From an uncultured Lachnospiraceae bacterium (GTDB lineage: Bacteria > Bacillota > Clostridia > Lachnospirales > Lachnospiraceae), in assembly GCA_944382125.1 (NCBI GenBank), contig CALWMV010000002.1, positions 29,548-93,547 on the forward strand: a DNA stretch of 64,000 nucleotides, read 5' to 3'. Position 1 is the stretch's first letter, and every line of letters begins with the position of its first letter. Below, in pieces: positions 28,650 through 37,070 of this stretch. A program made the position numbers and the translations under genes. Below the pieces are notes generated by a model. That model was not told where the DNA came from. It was given only the letters and a program-made list of their open reading frames with translations, and ran no database searches.

Positions 28650-29078
28650 TCAGATACCCAGTCCTTCCCAGACCTCATCCAGGGCATCAGGATCTTCAAA
28701 TTCCTGCTGTACCCTGTTCCATTTCTCCTTATCCCAGATCTCTATGAAATCGATCTGTCCCACCAGCACTACCTCCTTGGTGAGCCCTGCAAAGCTTCTC
28801 AGCGGCTGAGGCAGCAGTATCCTGCCCATCTTATCCAGCTCACATTCGGTAGCACCGGAAACTATGTATCGCTTGAAGTCCCTGCCCTTCTTATCCGTTA
28901 CCGGAAGGGAGGAGACCTTTTCCATCATCTTTTCCCAGTCTGCCATGGGGTAGATGCTCAGGCAGCTTCCGAGGCCTCGTGTCACGATGAAGCTCTCTCC
29001 GAGCTCATCACGGAATTTGGCAGGTACTATGAGCCTGCCCTTGGCGTCTATTATGTGATTGTATTCTCCCATCAGCAT
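28650..29078 (-). CDS. mraZ: Transcriptional regulator MraZ
   Basis: [23 protein letters not shown] plus a second SpoVT/AbrB-like repeat ([10 protein letters not shown]). I prefer the ATG at 29078. The ORF-track N-terminal extension is unlikely. Confidence 0.9.
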   Translation of the reverse strand: MLMGEYNHIIDAKGRLIVPAKFRDELGESFIVTRGLGSCLSIYPMADWEKMMEKVSSLPVTDKKGRDFKRYIVSGATECELDKMGRILLPQPLRSFAGLTKEVVLVGQIDFIEIWDKEKWNRVQQEFEDPDALDEVWEGLGI

Positions 29079-29087
29079 AATTGAATA

Positions 29088-29111
29088 CCACTTCCTGACA
29101 CTAATCACCAC
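29088..29111 (-). promoter_or_regulatory. Candidate MraZ operator (three 10-bp-phased GTG[G/T] boxes)
   Basis: The minus strand reads GTGGtgattaGTGTcaggaaGTGG immediately upstream of the mraZ start. Confidence 0.35.
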
Positions 29112-29204
29112 AATTTGCTACTTTTTCCTTATTTTCTCCCATTAAATGGCAAAAGTCAAGCCTAAAACCCTGTCTTGGCAAAAGAAATTTCATCATTTTT
29201 GAGC

Positions 29205-29256
29205 AAAAGAAAAAGAGCCACAAGATATAGATGATTTCATCCATATCTTGGGCTCT
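29205..29256 (-). terminator. Terminator downstream of ychF
   Basis: GAGCCACAAGATAT / ATATCTTG(G)GCTC stem, followed by a U-rich run (TTTTTCTTTT) on the minus strand. Confidence 0.7.
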
Positions 29257-29280
29257 CAAAAGTCTTTTTACAAAGCAGTA

Positions 29281-30378
29281 TTATACGTTGAATCTGAATA
29301 TGATCGTATCTCCATCCTGGACCACATAATCCTTGCCCTCAAGTCTGACAAGTCCCTTTTCCTTGGCCGCCGCCAGGGATCCGCAGTCCAGCAGTGTCTG
29401 ATAATTTATAACCTCTGCCCTTATGAATCCGCGTTCAAAATCAGAATGGATCTTTCCCGCCGCCTGGGGAGCCGTAGTGCCCTTCTTTATGGTCCAGGCT
29501 CTGGTCTCCTTTTCCCCTGCCGTCAGGAAGGACATGAGACCGAGAAGATCATAGCTTGCCTTGATGAGCTTATCAAGTCCGGACTCCTTAAGTCCCAGAG
29601 TTTCAAGGTACTCCGCCTTTTCATCATCGGAAAGCTCCGCTATCTCCTCCTCTATGCGGGCAGAGATGACAAATACTCCATTGCCGTTTTCCCTGGCATA
29701 CTCCCTGACCTTCTCTACATATTTATTGGAGGCGCCGTCATCGGCCAGATCATCCTCAGCCACATTGGCTGCAAATATCACCGGCTTTGAGGTCAGCAGG
29801 AACAGGGAATCCACCAGCTTTTTATCCTCCTCATCCTCAAATACCACTGAGGATGCAGGCTTTCCGTCTTCCAGCGCAGCTTTTATCGCCTTTAATATCT
29901 CCAGCTCGTGCTTGGCTTCCTTGTCATTATTTGCAAGCTTGGCAGTCTTTCCTATGCGCTTCTCCAGGCCCTCCAGGTCTGCAAATATAAGCTCCAGGTT
30001 TATGGTCTCTATATCCCTGACCGGATCCACGCTTCCCTCCACATGGACCACATTGGGATCCTCGAAGCAGCGTACTACATGGACTATGGCATCACATTCC
30101 CTGATGTTTGCAAGGAAGCGATTGCCCAGGCCCTCACCCCTGGAGGCACCCTTTACCAGTCCTGCTATATCGACGAACTCTATGACTGCAGGAGTGATCT
30201 TCTGCGAGTCATAAAGGGCCGCAAGCTTATCGAGCCTTTCATCAGGCACGGCCACTACCCCCACATTGGGATCTATGGTACAGAAGGGATAATTGGCAGA
30301 CTCCGCTCCTGCCTTGGTTATGGAGTTGAACAGTGTGGATTTCCCTACGTTGGGAAGCCCTACGATTCCTAATTTCAT
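29281..30378 (-). CDS. ychF: Ribosome-binding ATPase YchF
   Basis: 365 aa with MKLGIVGLPNVGKSTLFN (G1 motif) and a TGS-like C-terminus (GKDYVVQDGDII). Confidence 0.95.
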   Translation of the reverse strand: MKLGIVGLPNVGKSTLFNSITKAGAESANYPFCTIDPNVGVVAVPDERLDKLAALYDSQKITPAVIEFVDIAGLVKGASRGEGLGNRFLANIRECDAIVHVVRCFEDPNVVHVEGSVDPVRDIETINLELIFADLEGLEKRIGKTAKLANNDKEAKHELEILKAIKAALEDGKPASSVVFEDEEDKKLVDSLFLLTSKPVIFAANVAEDDLADDGASNKYVEKVREYARENGNGVFVISARIEEEIAELSDDEKAEYLETLGLKESGLDKLIKASYDLLGLMSFLTAGEKETRAWTIKKGTTAPQAAGKIHSDFERGFIRAEVINYQTLLDCGSLAAAKEKGLVRLEGKDYVVQDGDTIIFRFNV

Positions 30379-30446
30379 ATATATACCTCTGCTTTCGTAT
30401 TCAGCTTATTGCAAGATCTACTAAAGTATACTATCCGATCGATTTT

Positions 30447-30475
30447 TTGACAAGCTTATGCCTTGGTGATAAAAT
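30447..30475 (+). promoter_or_regulatory. Candidate lgt promoter
   Basis: TTGACA, a 17 nt spacer, then TAAAAT preceded by TGA (extended -10). Confidence 0.55.
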
Positions 30476-30506
30476 CTGCTCAGACATGATGCATGAAGGA
30501 GGTAAT

Positions 30507-31400
30507 ATGAGCTATAACGGTGCAGATCTTATCTTTCCTCATCTGGGGATAGTCATACAGAAGCTCAGCCGGAGCATAGATGTCTTCGGCGGATTCACCA
30601 TATATTATTATGGGATCATAATAGCCATCGGCATGCTCTGCGGCATAGGCGTCGCAGTCTGGGATGCCCGGCGAAGAGGACAGGATCCGGATCTTTATAC
30701 CGATTTTGCCCTCTATGCCATCATCATCTCCGTGATAGGAGCAAGGCTCTACTATGTCATATTCGACTGGGAGCTTTACAGGCATGATCTCCTCTCCATC
30801 TTCAATCTCAGAAAGGGCGGACTTGCCATATACGGCGGCATCATCGCTGCCTTTGCGACGGCCTTCATATATACCAAGGTGAAGAAATTCCCCTTCCTTA
30901 GGCTTGCGGACAGCGGCGTACTGGGACTCATCACCGGACAGATCATCGGCAGATGGGGCAATTTCTTCAACTGTGAAGCCTTCGGCGGCTATACCGATAA
31001 TATACTTGCCATGCGCATAAAGGAGTCCCTGGTCAACCCCTCCATGATATCAGAGGAGCTCAGGAACCATATGATCCTGGATGCCGGAGTCAATTATATC
31101 CAGGTACACCCTACCTTCCTTTATGAATCCTGCTGGAACCTCCTGGCTCTGATCTTCATGATCTGGTACGGCAGACATCAGCAGAAATGGCAGGGTGAGA
31201 TAACCATGCTTTACCTGATGCTTTACGGACTGGGGCGCTTCTTTATCGAAGGTCTCAGGACTGATCAGCTCCTGATACCGGGCACCGGCCTTGCCGTATC
31301 CCAGTGCCTGTCCGCAGTGCTCTTCGTCTTCGCCCTGGCGGTACTGGTCATTCAGAGGAGGAAATATAAGGGTCTTCCCGTCACAGGATTAAGGACCTGA
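30507..31400 (+). CDS. lgt: Prolipoprotein diacylglyceryl transferase
   Basis: Contains the GRWGNFFNCEAFGG signature. I prefer the ATG at 30507, which has GAAGGAGG upstream. The ORF-track start at 30333 overlaps ychF. Confidence 0.9.
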   Translation: MSYNGADLIFPHLGIVIQKLSRSIDVFGGFTIYYYGIIIAIGMLCGIGVAVWDARRRGQDPDLYTDFALYAIIISVIGARLYYVIFDWELYRHDLLSIFNLRKGGLAIYGGIIAAFATAFIYTKVKKFPFLRLADSGVLGLITGQIIGRWGNFFNCEAFGGYTDNILAMRIKESLVNPSMISEELRNHMILDAGVNYIQVHPTFLYESCWNLLALIFMIWYGRHQQKWQGEITMLYLMLYGLGRFFIEGLRTDQLLIPGTGLAVSQCLSAVLFVFALAVLVIQRRKYKGLPVTGLRT

Positions 31401-31529
31401 GTATAAAGCTGAATACGCATCTGAAAAACTGCCGTCTTGGACTTCCGCTCTGCGATGTCCTTCGCCGGCAGTTTTATAAGATATTTTCCCTTTAATGCCT
31501 GGTATGAACATTTAATAGGATCAAACCGG

Positions 31530-31558
31530 TTGACAAAACCCGAGCATTTTGATATATT
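31530..31558 (+). promoter_or_regulatory. Candidate promoter of tRNA-Arg
   Basis: TTGACA, a 17 nt spacer, then TATATT with an upstream TG, ending about 20 nt before the tRNA 5' end. Confidence 0.6.
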
Positions 31559-31578
31559 AACTGTTGCGTTAAATGCGT

Positions 31579-31652
31579 GCACTAGTAGCTCAATTGGATA
31601 GAGCGTTCGGCTACGGACCGAAAGGTTGGGAGTTCGAGCCTTCTCTGGTGCA
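31579..31652 (+). tRNA. tRNA-Arg (anticodon ACG)
   Basis: A 74 nt cloverleaf drawn by hand. Acceptor stem GCACTAG/CTGGTGC, D-arm GCTC-AATTGGATA-GAGC, anticodon stem TTCGG/CCGAA with loop CT-ACG-GA, and T-loop TTCGAGC. CCA is not encoded. Confidence 0.9.
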
Positions 31653-31653
31653 T

Positions 31654-31686
31654 AAAAAAGCTGTCGGAGATCCGGCAGCTTTTTTG
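31654..31686 (+). terminator. Terminator of tRNA-Arg
   Basis: AAAAAAGCTGTCGG / CCGGCAGCTTTTTT hairpin followed by a T-run. Confidence 0.85.
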
Positions 31687-32077
31687 TTATTCTGAAAAAA
31701 TTGTCAAGGTACTTGCCTGCATTCCGAAGGAGGGAAAATGTGACAGCGGATCCCGGAGCACTGTTTTTTCCGTCAGGCAGCGGCCCCGGCTCCTTAGGAT
31801 CCAGTAATTGCAGGCAGAAGCATCCGCAGTCATCCGCTCATCGCTCACCTTAGATTCAAATACCATAAAAGCGCTTGGGATCAAAAAGACAGGATAAGGA
31901 TGGGATCCATAGACGCCTGAATGTCTCAGGAGGCAAAGATAAAAAGATAAGCAGATCATCCGATGGCAGAAGCCCTGCGATAACGCCAAGGCTGCCGGAT
32001 GCCTGATAAAAGGATTATAATAAAGGAGGCCGGAAAAGACAATCGTGATAATGGAGAATTTCCGGCCTCAAAAATCG

Positions 32078-32968
32078 TCATCTTTTACAAAAGCCTGACT
32101 TTATGGCATCCTTCGGACAGGCTGCCCTGCATCTTCCGCATCTTATGCAGTCGATGCTGTTCGGCTGTTCCCAGACCTTTATGTCCATGCCGCAGGCATC
32201 CCTGCAGGCCCCGCATTTTATGCATGCCTCTTCATCTATGCTGTACTTGTAGACTGACACGGGATTGAAGGCTCCGTACAGAGCTCCAAGGGGACAGAGA
32301 TATTTGCAGAAGGGCCTGTAGGACTTTATCGAAAGCAGGACTATCGCCGTCAGCAGGATAAGCTTCCAGGCAAATCTCAGTCCTGCGGCTGAGGCAAGTA
32401 CAGGGTTCAGCAGCATCAGCGGAAGCCCCGCCAGGAGCGTGCCTGCAGGGCAGATATATTCGCAGAACCAGGGCGAGCCCATCCCAGCCTCATTGAGTAT
32501 GGTCATGGGCAGGATGATCACAAAGATCAGAAGTATCCCGTATCTAAGCCATCTGAGCCTTCCGTGACCGGGGAGATTTTTGATCTTCCTGAATACCGGG
32601 ATCTTATAAAGCAGATCCTGTATAAATCCGAAGGGGCATATAAAGCCGCAGATAAGTCTTCCAAAAAGGGCTCCAGCAGCCGTAAGGAAGCCCAGTACAT
32701 AAAGGGAGATTCTGAAGCCTCCGCTGTCAAGGACTGACTGCAGGGCTCCTATCGGACATGCAAACAGGGCCCCCGGACAGGAATAACAATTGAGGCCCGG
32801 AGCGCAGAAGCGCTTGAGCTCTCCCCTGTATATCTTTCCTTCCATGAAGCCTCTGGCATAGCCGTTATTGAGGGCAAAGGCCGCGGCCTGGATCAAATGC
32901 CTCAGAAGTTCGTGCTTCCTTAAGCCCTCTTTTCCTGAAGACAGCTTCTTCTTACCTGTATCCTTCAT
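32078..32968 (-). CDS. Membrane-bound 4Fe-4S binding protein (NapH/MauN-like)
   Basis: 296 aa with four membrane-proximal CxxCP-type motifs (CYSCPGALFACP, CGFICPFG, CEYICPAG, CKYLCPLG). It also has two ferredoxin motifs (CIKCGACRDAC and CIRCGRCRAACP). Confidence 0.8.
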   Translation of the reverse strand: MKDTGKKKLSSGKEGLRKHELLRHLIQAAAFALNNGYARGFMEGKIYRGELKRFCAPGLNCYSCPGALFACPIGALQSVLDSGGFRISLYVLGFLTAAGALFGRLICGFICPFGFIQDLLYKIPVFRKIKNLPGHGRLRWLRYGILLIFVIILPMTILNEAGMGSPWFCEYICPAGTLLAGLPLMLLNPVLASAAGLRFAWKLILLTAIVLLSIKSYRPFCKYLCPLGALYGAFNPVSVYKYSIDEEACIKCGACRDACGMDIKVWEQPNSIDCIRCGRCRAACPKDAIKSGFCKR

Positions 32969-32972
32969 CTCC

Positions 32973-33137
32973 TCAGCCTATCCCTATACATTCCAGGCAG
33001 ATATTTATGGCCTTCTGAAGCACGATATCCGCCTCCTCAGTACAAAAATACCCGAAAAGGCAGGCCGCAAGTCCTGCTGCAAGCAGTATCATGCCAACCC
33101 GCCTTTCCTTCATCATCTCTGAAAATGATCTTTTCAT
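32973..33137 (-). CDS. Small membrane-anchored CXXC protein (54 aa; below the ORF-track cutoff)
   Basis: Hand translation gives MKRSFSEMMKERRVGMILLAAGLAACLFGYFCTEEADIVLQKAINICLECIGIG*. Its stop is 4 nt before the 4Fe-4S gene start. The C-terminal KAINICLECIGIG resembles, from memory, the CD1871A-family CXXC small proteins. Confidence 0.6.
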   Translation of the reverse strand: MKRSFSEMMKERRVGMILLAAGLAACLFGYFCTEEADIVLQKAINICLECIGIG

Positions 33138-33162
33138 CTCTGGTTTGGTCCGATCTCAAATA

Positions 33163-33537
33163 TCACTCTGCTTCTGTTTCTGCTTCCGGCTCTGAGTCTG
33201 TATCTGTATCTGTGTTTGCATCTGCAGGATCCTCGGATACTTCTGCCTCTGCGTTTCCTTCCTGCTCTTCTTCCTCTGAAGCTCCCTCATTTTCAACCTC
33301 AGCAGCATCGCTCTCCTCTGCATCTGAGCTTGTGGCCAGGCTCTCTTCTATCTGCTGGGCGTACTGCTCCATCAGCTTCGACTCCTGATAATTGCTGTAG
33401 ACACTTATAGCCAGTGGCGAAAGGAACAGGAGCGCCAGAACACAGAACATTATTATAGTGTCACGCTTATAGGCCTTCCTTCCCTTTTCGGCCTGATAGC
33501 GTCTCTCATTCCTGCTGTTTCTGCTTTCCTCACTCAT
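33163..33537 (-). CDS. Hypothetical single-pass membrane protein with a highly acidic tail
   Basis: 124 aa with a basic N-terminus, one TM segment (IIMFCVLALLFLSPLAISVY) and an E/D/T/S-rich tail. GGAGG lies upstream of the ATG. Confidence 0.5.
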   Translation of the reverse strand: MSEESRNSRNERRYQAEKGRKAYKRDTIIMFCVLALLFLSPLAISVYSNYQESKLMEQYAQQIEESLATSSDAEESDAAEVENEGASEEEEQEGNAEAEVSEDPADANTDTDTDSEPEAETEAE

Positions 33538-33638
33538 ATATAAAACCTCCGTAAAGGGGCCCCTTAACGGCAGCCCCTGTTTTGTTTACCATGAGAATAT
33601 ATATCATAAATGTGTCCAAACGGTTAAAAGGACACAAT

Positions 33639-35339
33639 TTATTTTATAAATTTGAAGGCACTCACGTCAAAGAGTCCCCTGGGTGTGATCCTTATCTCAG
33701 GGATAACGGGAAGCGCCATGAAAGAGAGGGTGATATAGGGCTCCACGTCATCAGGTATGCCCATCTGATGAGCCTTCTTTATCATGCGCTGAAGCTTTTT
33801 GTTGACCTCCGAGAAACCGGCATCCGACATTAGTCCCATGACGGGAAGGGGAAGGGTATCGTATACCTTTCCCTTTTCCACCAGCACATATCCGCCCTGG
33901 ACCCTGATTATCTCATTGACAGCTATGGCCATATCCTCATCATTGTCTCCCACCACTATGATATTATGGGAATCGTGGGATACTGAAGATGCGATGGCAC
34001 CTCCTCTTATCCCGTAATGGGAGCAGATGCCGACTGAAGCCTTGCCGCTGTTTTTATGCCTTTCTATCGCCGCTATCTTGTTCAGGCCGTTGGCAGGGAC
34101 ATAGTTGTCCGTATTGCCAAGCTTCTTTACCACATGCTTTGTGGTGATCTGGGAAGCATCTATGCCTATGATATGGGCGCTCTTATTGACTATCGGCAGT
34201 CTGAAAAGCTCCTTTGACACGGGGTCCAGATTGATCGTCCTTTTGAGTTCTTCAGGGCAGGGCCTTACCTTCGGTCTTTCGCTGCGGTCAAGCCTTACGC
34301 CCTTATGGAACACATCGGTTATATCAAACTTTTCAAGATTATCCGTGGCTATGATATCAGCCTGGTAGCCGGGAGCCAGAGCTCCAAGATGGCTGAGCCC
34401 GTAGCAGCGTGCCGCATTGATGGTGGCCATCTTTATGGCATCTATGGGCTTTATGCCGAGCTTTACCGCCCTGCGGACATTATAGTTGATGTGCCCGTCC
34501 CTGATTATATCCTCTATATGCTTGTCATCGGTACAGAAGGAGAAATTTTCCGTGGGGATCCTGTTCTTTACTATCCCCTTTACTATGGCCTCCAGATTAT
34601 GGGCGGCACTGCCCTCCCTGATATGGACATGTATGCCTCTTCTGACCTCCTCCATGGCATAGTCATAGGAGGAGCACTCGTGATCCGTCATTATCCCTGC
34701 CAGGGCGTAGGCGGAGAGCTCTTCACCGGGAAGGAAGGGCGCATGTCCATCTATCGGCTTCCCTGCAAATAATCTCAGCTTCTCATGAAGCTTTTTGTCC
34801 CCATATACCACCCCGGGGTCATTCATGACCTCTCCGAGTCCCAGGATCCTGGGATTCCTCAGATAGGGCTTCATCTTTGCAGCCGTAAAATCAAATCCAT
34901 TGTCGTCTATGTCCGTCGCAGGCACGCAGGAGGGCATCATCACATATACATTGGCAGGGGCATCCTCCGTCTGATCCAGTATATAGTCTACTCCGGCAGT
35001 TCCGGAAACATTGGCAGCCTCATGGGGATCCACTATAAAGGTGGTGGTGCCGCAGCCGGCAGCTATGGTGACCAGCTCATTGGGCGTCACCATGGTGGAT
35101 TCAAGATGAAGGTGGGAATCTATGAAGCCCGGCATGATATATTTGCCGCTCATGTCGATCTCCTCCCTGCCCTCATAGTAGGTGCCTATACCTGCTATGA
35201 TCCCGTCCTTTATGGCAAGATCCGCCGTATGCATCTCATTGGTAAAGACATCTATCACCTTTGCTCCCTTGAGCACCAGGTCTGCCGGTTCCTTTCCCAG
35301 TGTGACCCTGGATACTCTTTTGAATGCCGCGTAGTCCAT
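33639..35339 (-). CDS. ade: Adenine deaminase
   Basis: 566 aa amidohydrolase containing FIDSHLHLES. Its length and overall pattern match adenine deaminase. Confidence 0.8.
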   Translation of the reverse strand: MDYAAFKRVSRVTLGKEPADLVLKGAKVIDVFTNEMHTADLAIKDGIIAGIGTYYEGREEIDMSGKYIMPGFIDSHLHLESTMVTPNELVTIAAGCGTTTFIVDPHEAANVSGTAGVDYILDQTEDAPANVYVMMPSCVPATDIDDNGFDFTAAKMKPYLRNPRILGLGEVMNDPGVVYGDKKLHEKLRLFAGKPIDGHAPFLPGEELSAYALAGIMTDHECSSYDYAMEEVRRGIHVHIREGSAAHNLEAIVKGIVKNRIPTENFSFCTDDKHIEDIIRDGHINYNVRRAVKLGIKPIDAIKMATINAARCYGLSHLGALAPGYQADIIATDNLEKFDITDVFHKGVRLDRSERPKVRPCPEELKRTINLDPVSKELFRLPIVNKSAHIIGIDASQITTKHVVKKLGNTDNYVPANGLNKIAAIERHKNSGKASVGICSHYGIRGGAIASSVSHDSHNIIVVGDNDEDMAIAVNEIIRVQGGYVLVEKGKVYDTLPLPVMGLMSDAGFSEVNKKLQRMIKKAHQMGIPDDVEPYITLSFMALPVIPEIRITPRGLFDVSAFKFIK

Positions 35340-35348
35340 AAACCCTCC

Positions 35349-37070
35349 TTATCTGAAATCTATTATGTTAAGCTGTATCTGTCTCGTGTTGTTGTATTCA
35401 TTTATCCTGGGAGAATAAAGGACTGATATCCTGTCCCTGGATCTGAGCCTCTCCATAAGCTCCTGCCCGTCTCCGAACATCACAGCCTCATACCCTCTTC
35501 CCTGTTCCTCCCTGAGGGAGAACCTGAGCACATTTTTATTTCGTCCCAGTACCCTGAGATCATAGGGTTTCAGGTCCTTTCTGGCAAAAAGAGGCCTTTC
35601 GTTGCCGTTTCCAAAGGGTTCAAGCCCTGAAAGCTCAGAGACGAGCCCTTCGCTCAGATAATCAAGGGGCATGGCCGCATCTATCCAGACCTTTTCTATG
35701 AGCTTCTCCGGCGTAAGTCCTGAGTGTTCATTGAGGTTTTTCCTGAGCTTCGGTATGTCTTCGGTCTTGAGGCTCAGGCCGGCAGCCATGGGATGGCCTC
35801 CGAATCTGACCAGCAGTTCCTGCTCCCTCTGGAGCCCCTCGAACATATGATAGGCCTCCACTGATCGTCCGCTTCCCTTTGATATGCCCAGCTCATCAGT
35901 ATCGGTAAGGACAAAGACCGGTTTTCCGGTCTTCTCCCTTATGCGCCCTGCTACTATGCCCGCCAGGGATTCATGGAGCTTCGGCAGTTCTATGACAAGT
36001 ATCAGATCCTCTCCGTACTCTTCTTCCGCTTTCTTAAGAGCTTCTTTCACTCCCTGTTCCGTCATGGCCTTTCGTTCATCATTGAGATCCTTAAGATGAA
36101 GGGCCAGGGCTTCTGCCTCGTTCCTGTCCTCTGACATGAAGAGCTTCATGGCTTCTTCTGCAGACTCCAGCCTGCCCCCTGCATTTATGCAGGGTCCTAT
36201 GACAAACCCTATATGATAGGCATTAAGCTTCTTTCCCTCAATGTCACAGGCCCTTATCAGCATGGAAAGCCCCATATTTATCCCGGAGGCATCCGAATTG
36301 ATCGCCTTCAGTCCCTCCCGGACTATGATGCGGTTTTCTCCCTTGAGAGGCATCACGTCTCCCACAGTGGCTATGGCTGCAAAGGGCAGGAGCTTTATCC
36401 AGAGTTCATCTCCCAGGCCTGCCGCAGAAAGCAGGAGGCCGCAAAGCTTCCAGGCCACGACCGCTCCGCAGATATCCTTTTCCGGATATACAGAAGATGA
36501 AAGCTTGGGATCAATTATGGAATCAGCAGGAGGAAGGAGTTCCCTTCCCTCTGCATCGGTCCTCACCTCATGATGATCCGTGACTATGACCTTAAGGCCC
36601 AGCTCCTTTGCCAGCCTGAGTTCCTTTATAGCTGCGATGCCGTTATCCACGGTCACCAGGAGATCTATCCCGTCCTCAAAGGCCTCTCTTATGATCCTCT
36701 CATTGATCCCGTAGCCATCCTTTATCCGATCAGGGATCACATGATCCGCCAGGGCTCCGCAGGCCCTGAGGGCTGAAAGCATGATGTGGGAAGCACATAC
36801 CCCGTCTATATCATAATCTCCCACCACACGGATCCTGCTGCCCATTCTTATGGCAGACATGAGGAGGTCCAGTGCCTTCTCTGCATCCGGAAGGTCCTTT
36901 CCGTCATAGAGGTCCGCTGCGGTGCCCTTCAGATACATCCTTATGGCTTCATCTCCGATGACATCCCGGTTCCTTATGACCCTTGCCGTCACCTGATCTA
37001 TGCCGAAGCTTTCAGCTATATGCTTAAAATCCGCCTTTTTGGCGTATATCCTCCACTCCTTTTCCATCAT
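35349..37070 (-). CDS. recJ: Single-stranded-DNA-specific exonuclease RecJ
   Basis: 573 aa with DHH motifs (VVGDYDIDGV, VTVDNGI, IVTDHH) and DHHA1 (GGHPMAAG). Confidence 0.9.
   Translation of the reverse strand: MMEKEWRIYAKKADFKHIAESFGIDQVTARVIRNRDVIGDEAIRMYLKGTAADLYDGKDLPDAEKALDLLMSAIRMGSRIRVVGDYDIDGVCASHIMLSALRACGALADHVIPDRIKDGYGINERIIREAFEDGIDLLVTVDNGIAAIKELRLAKELGLKVIVTDHHEVRTDAEGRELLPPADSIIDPKLSSSVYPEKDICGAVVAWKLCGLLLSAAGLGDELWIKLLPFAAIATVGDVMPLKGENRIIVREGLKAINSDASGINMGLSMLIRACDIEGKKLNAYHIGFVIGPCINAGGRLESAEEAMKLFMSEDRNEAEALALHLKDLNDERKAMTEQGVKEALKKAEEEYGEDLILVIELPKLHESLAGIVAGRIREKTGKPVFVLTDTDELGISKGSGRSVEAYHMFEGLQREQELLVRFGGHPMAAGLSLKTEDIPKLRKNLNEHSGLTPEKLIEKVWIDAAMPLDYLSEGLVSELSGLEPFGNGNERPLFARKDLKPYDLRVLGRNKNVLRFSLREEQGRGYEAVMFGDGQELMERLRSRDRISVLYSPRINEYNNTRQIQLNIIDFR

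Noticed and set aside
28649-29111. N-terminal extensions in the ORF track for mraZ (to 29111), rsmH (to 28699), lgt (from 30333), csp (from 38200), thiT (to 9510), murD (to 23662), ftsZ (to 19679) and ispA (to 6217).
   Set aside because: Family-typical N-termini begin at internal ATGs preceded by GGAGG-type RBSs. The extensions overlap upstream genes or promoters and often use non-ATG starts.
31687-31989. A 100-codon minus-strand ORF downstream of tRNA-Arg.
   Set aside because: It has no RBS. Its composition (Cys/His/Phe/Ser-rich) is unlike neighbouring proteins, and I recognise no family. The region is treated as unassigned non-coding sequence instead (see findings).
33163-33340. Repetitive-looking DNA (GTATCTGTATCTGTGTTTGCATCTGC..., GCTTCTG/GCTTCCG motifs) that at first glance resembles a tandem repeat array.
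   Set aside because: It is the coding sequence of an acidic low-complexity protein tail (…TDTDTDSEPEAETEAE) in a clean ORF. It has no fixed-period repeat unit and no spacer structure.
33639-37070. recJ followed directly by adenine deaminase rather than the apt/relA genes I associate with recJ in Bacillus-type genomes.
   Set aside because: Gene order downstream of recJ varies across Firmicutes. Both apt and ade are adenine-salvage genes, and I cannot judge significance without comparative data. It is too weak to list as a finding.
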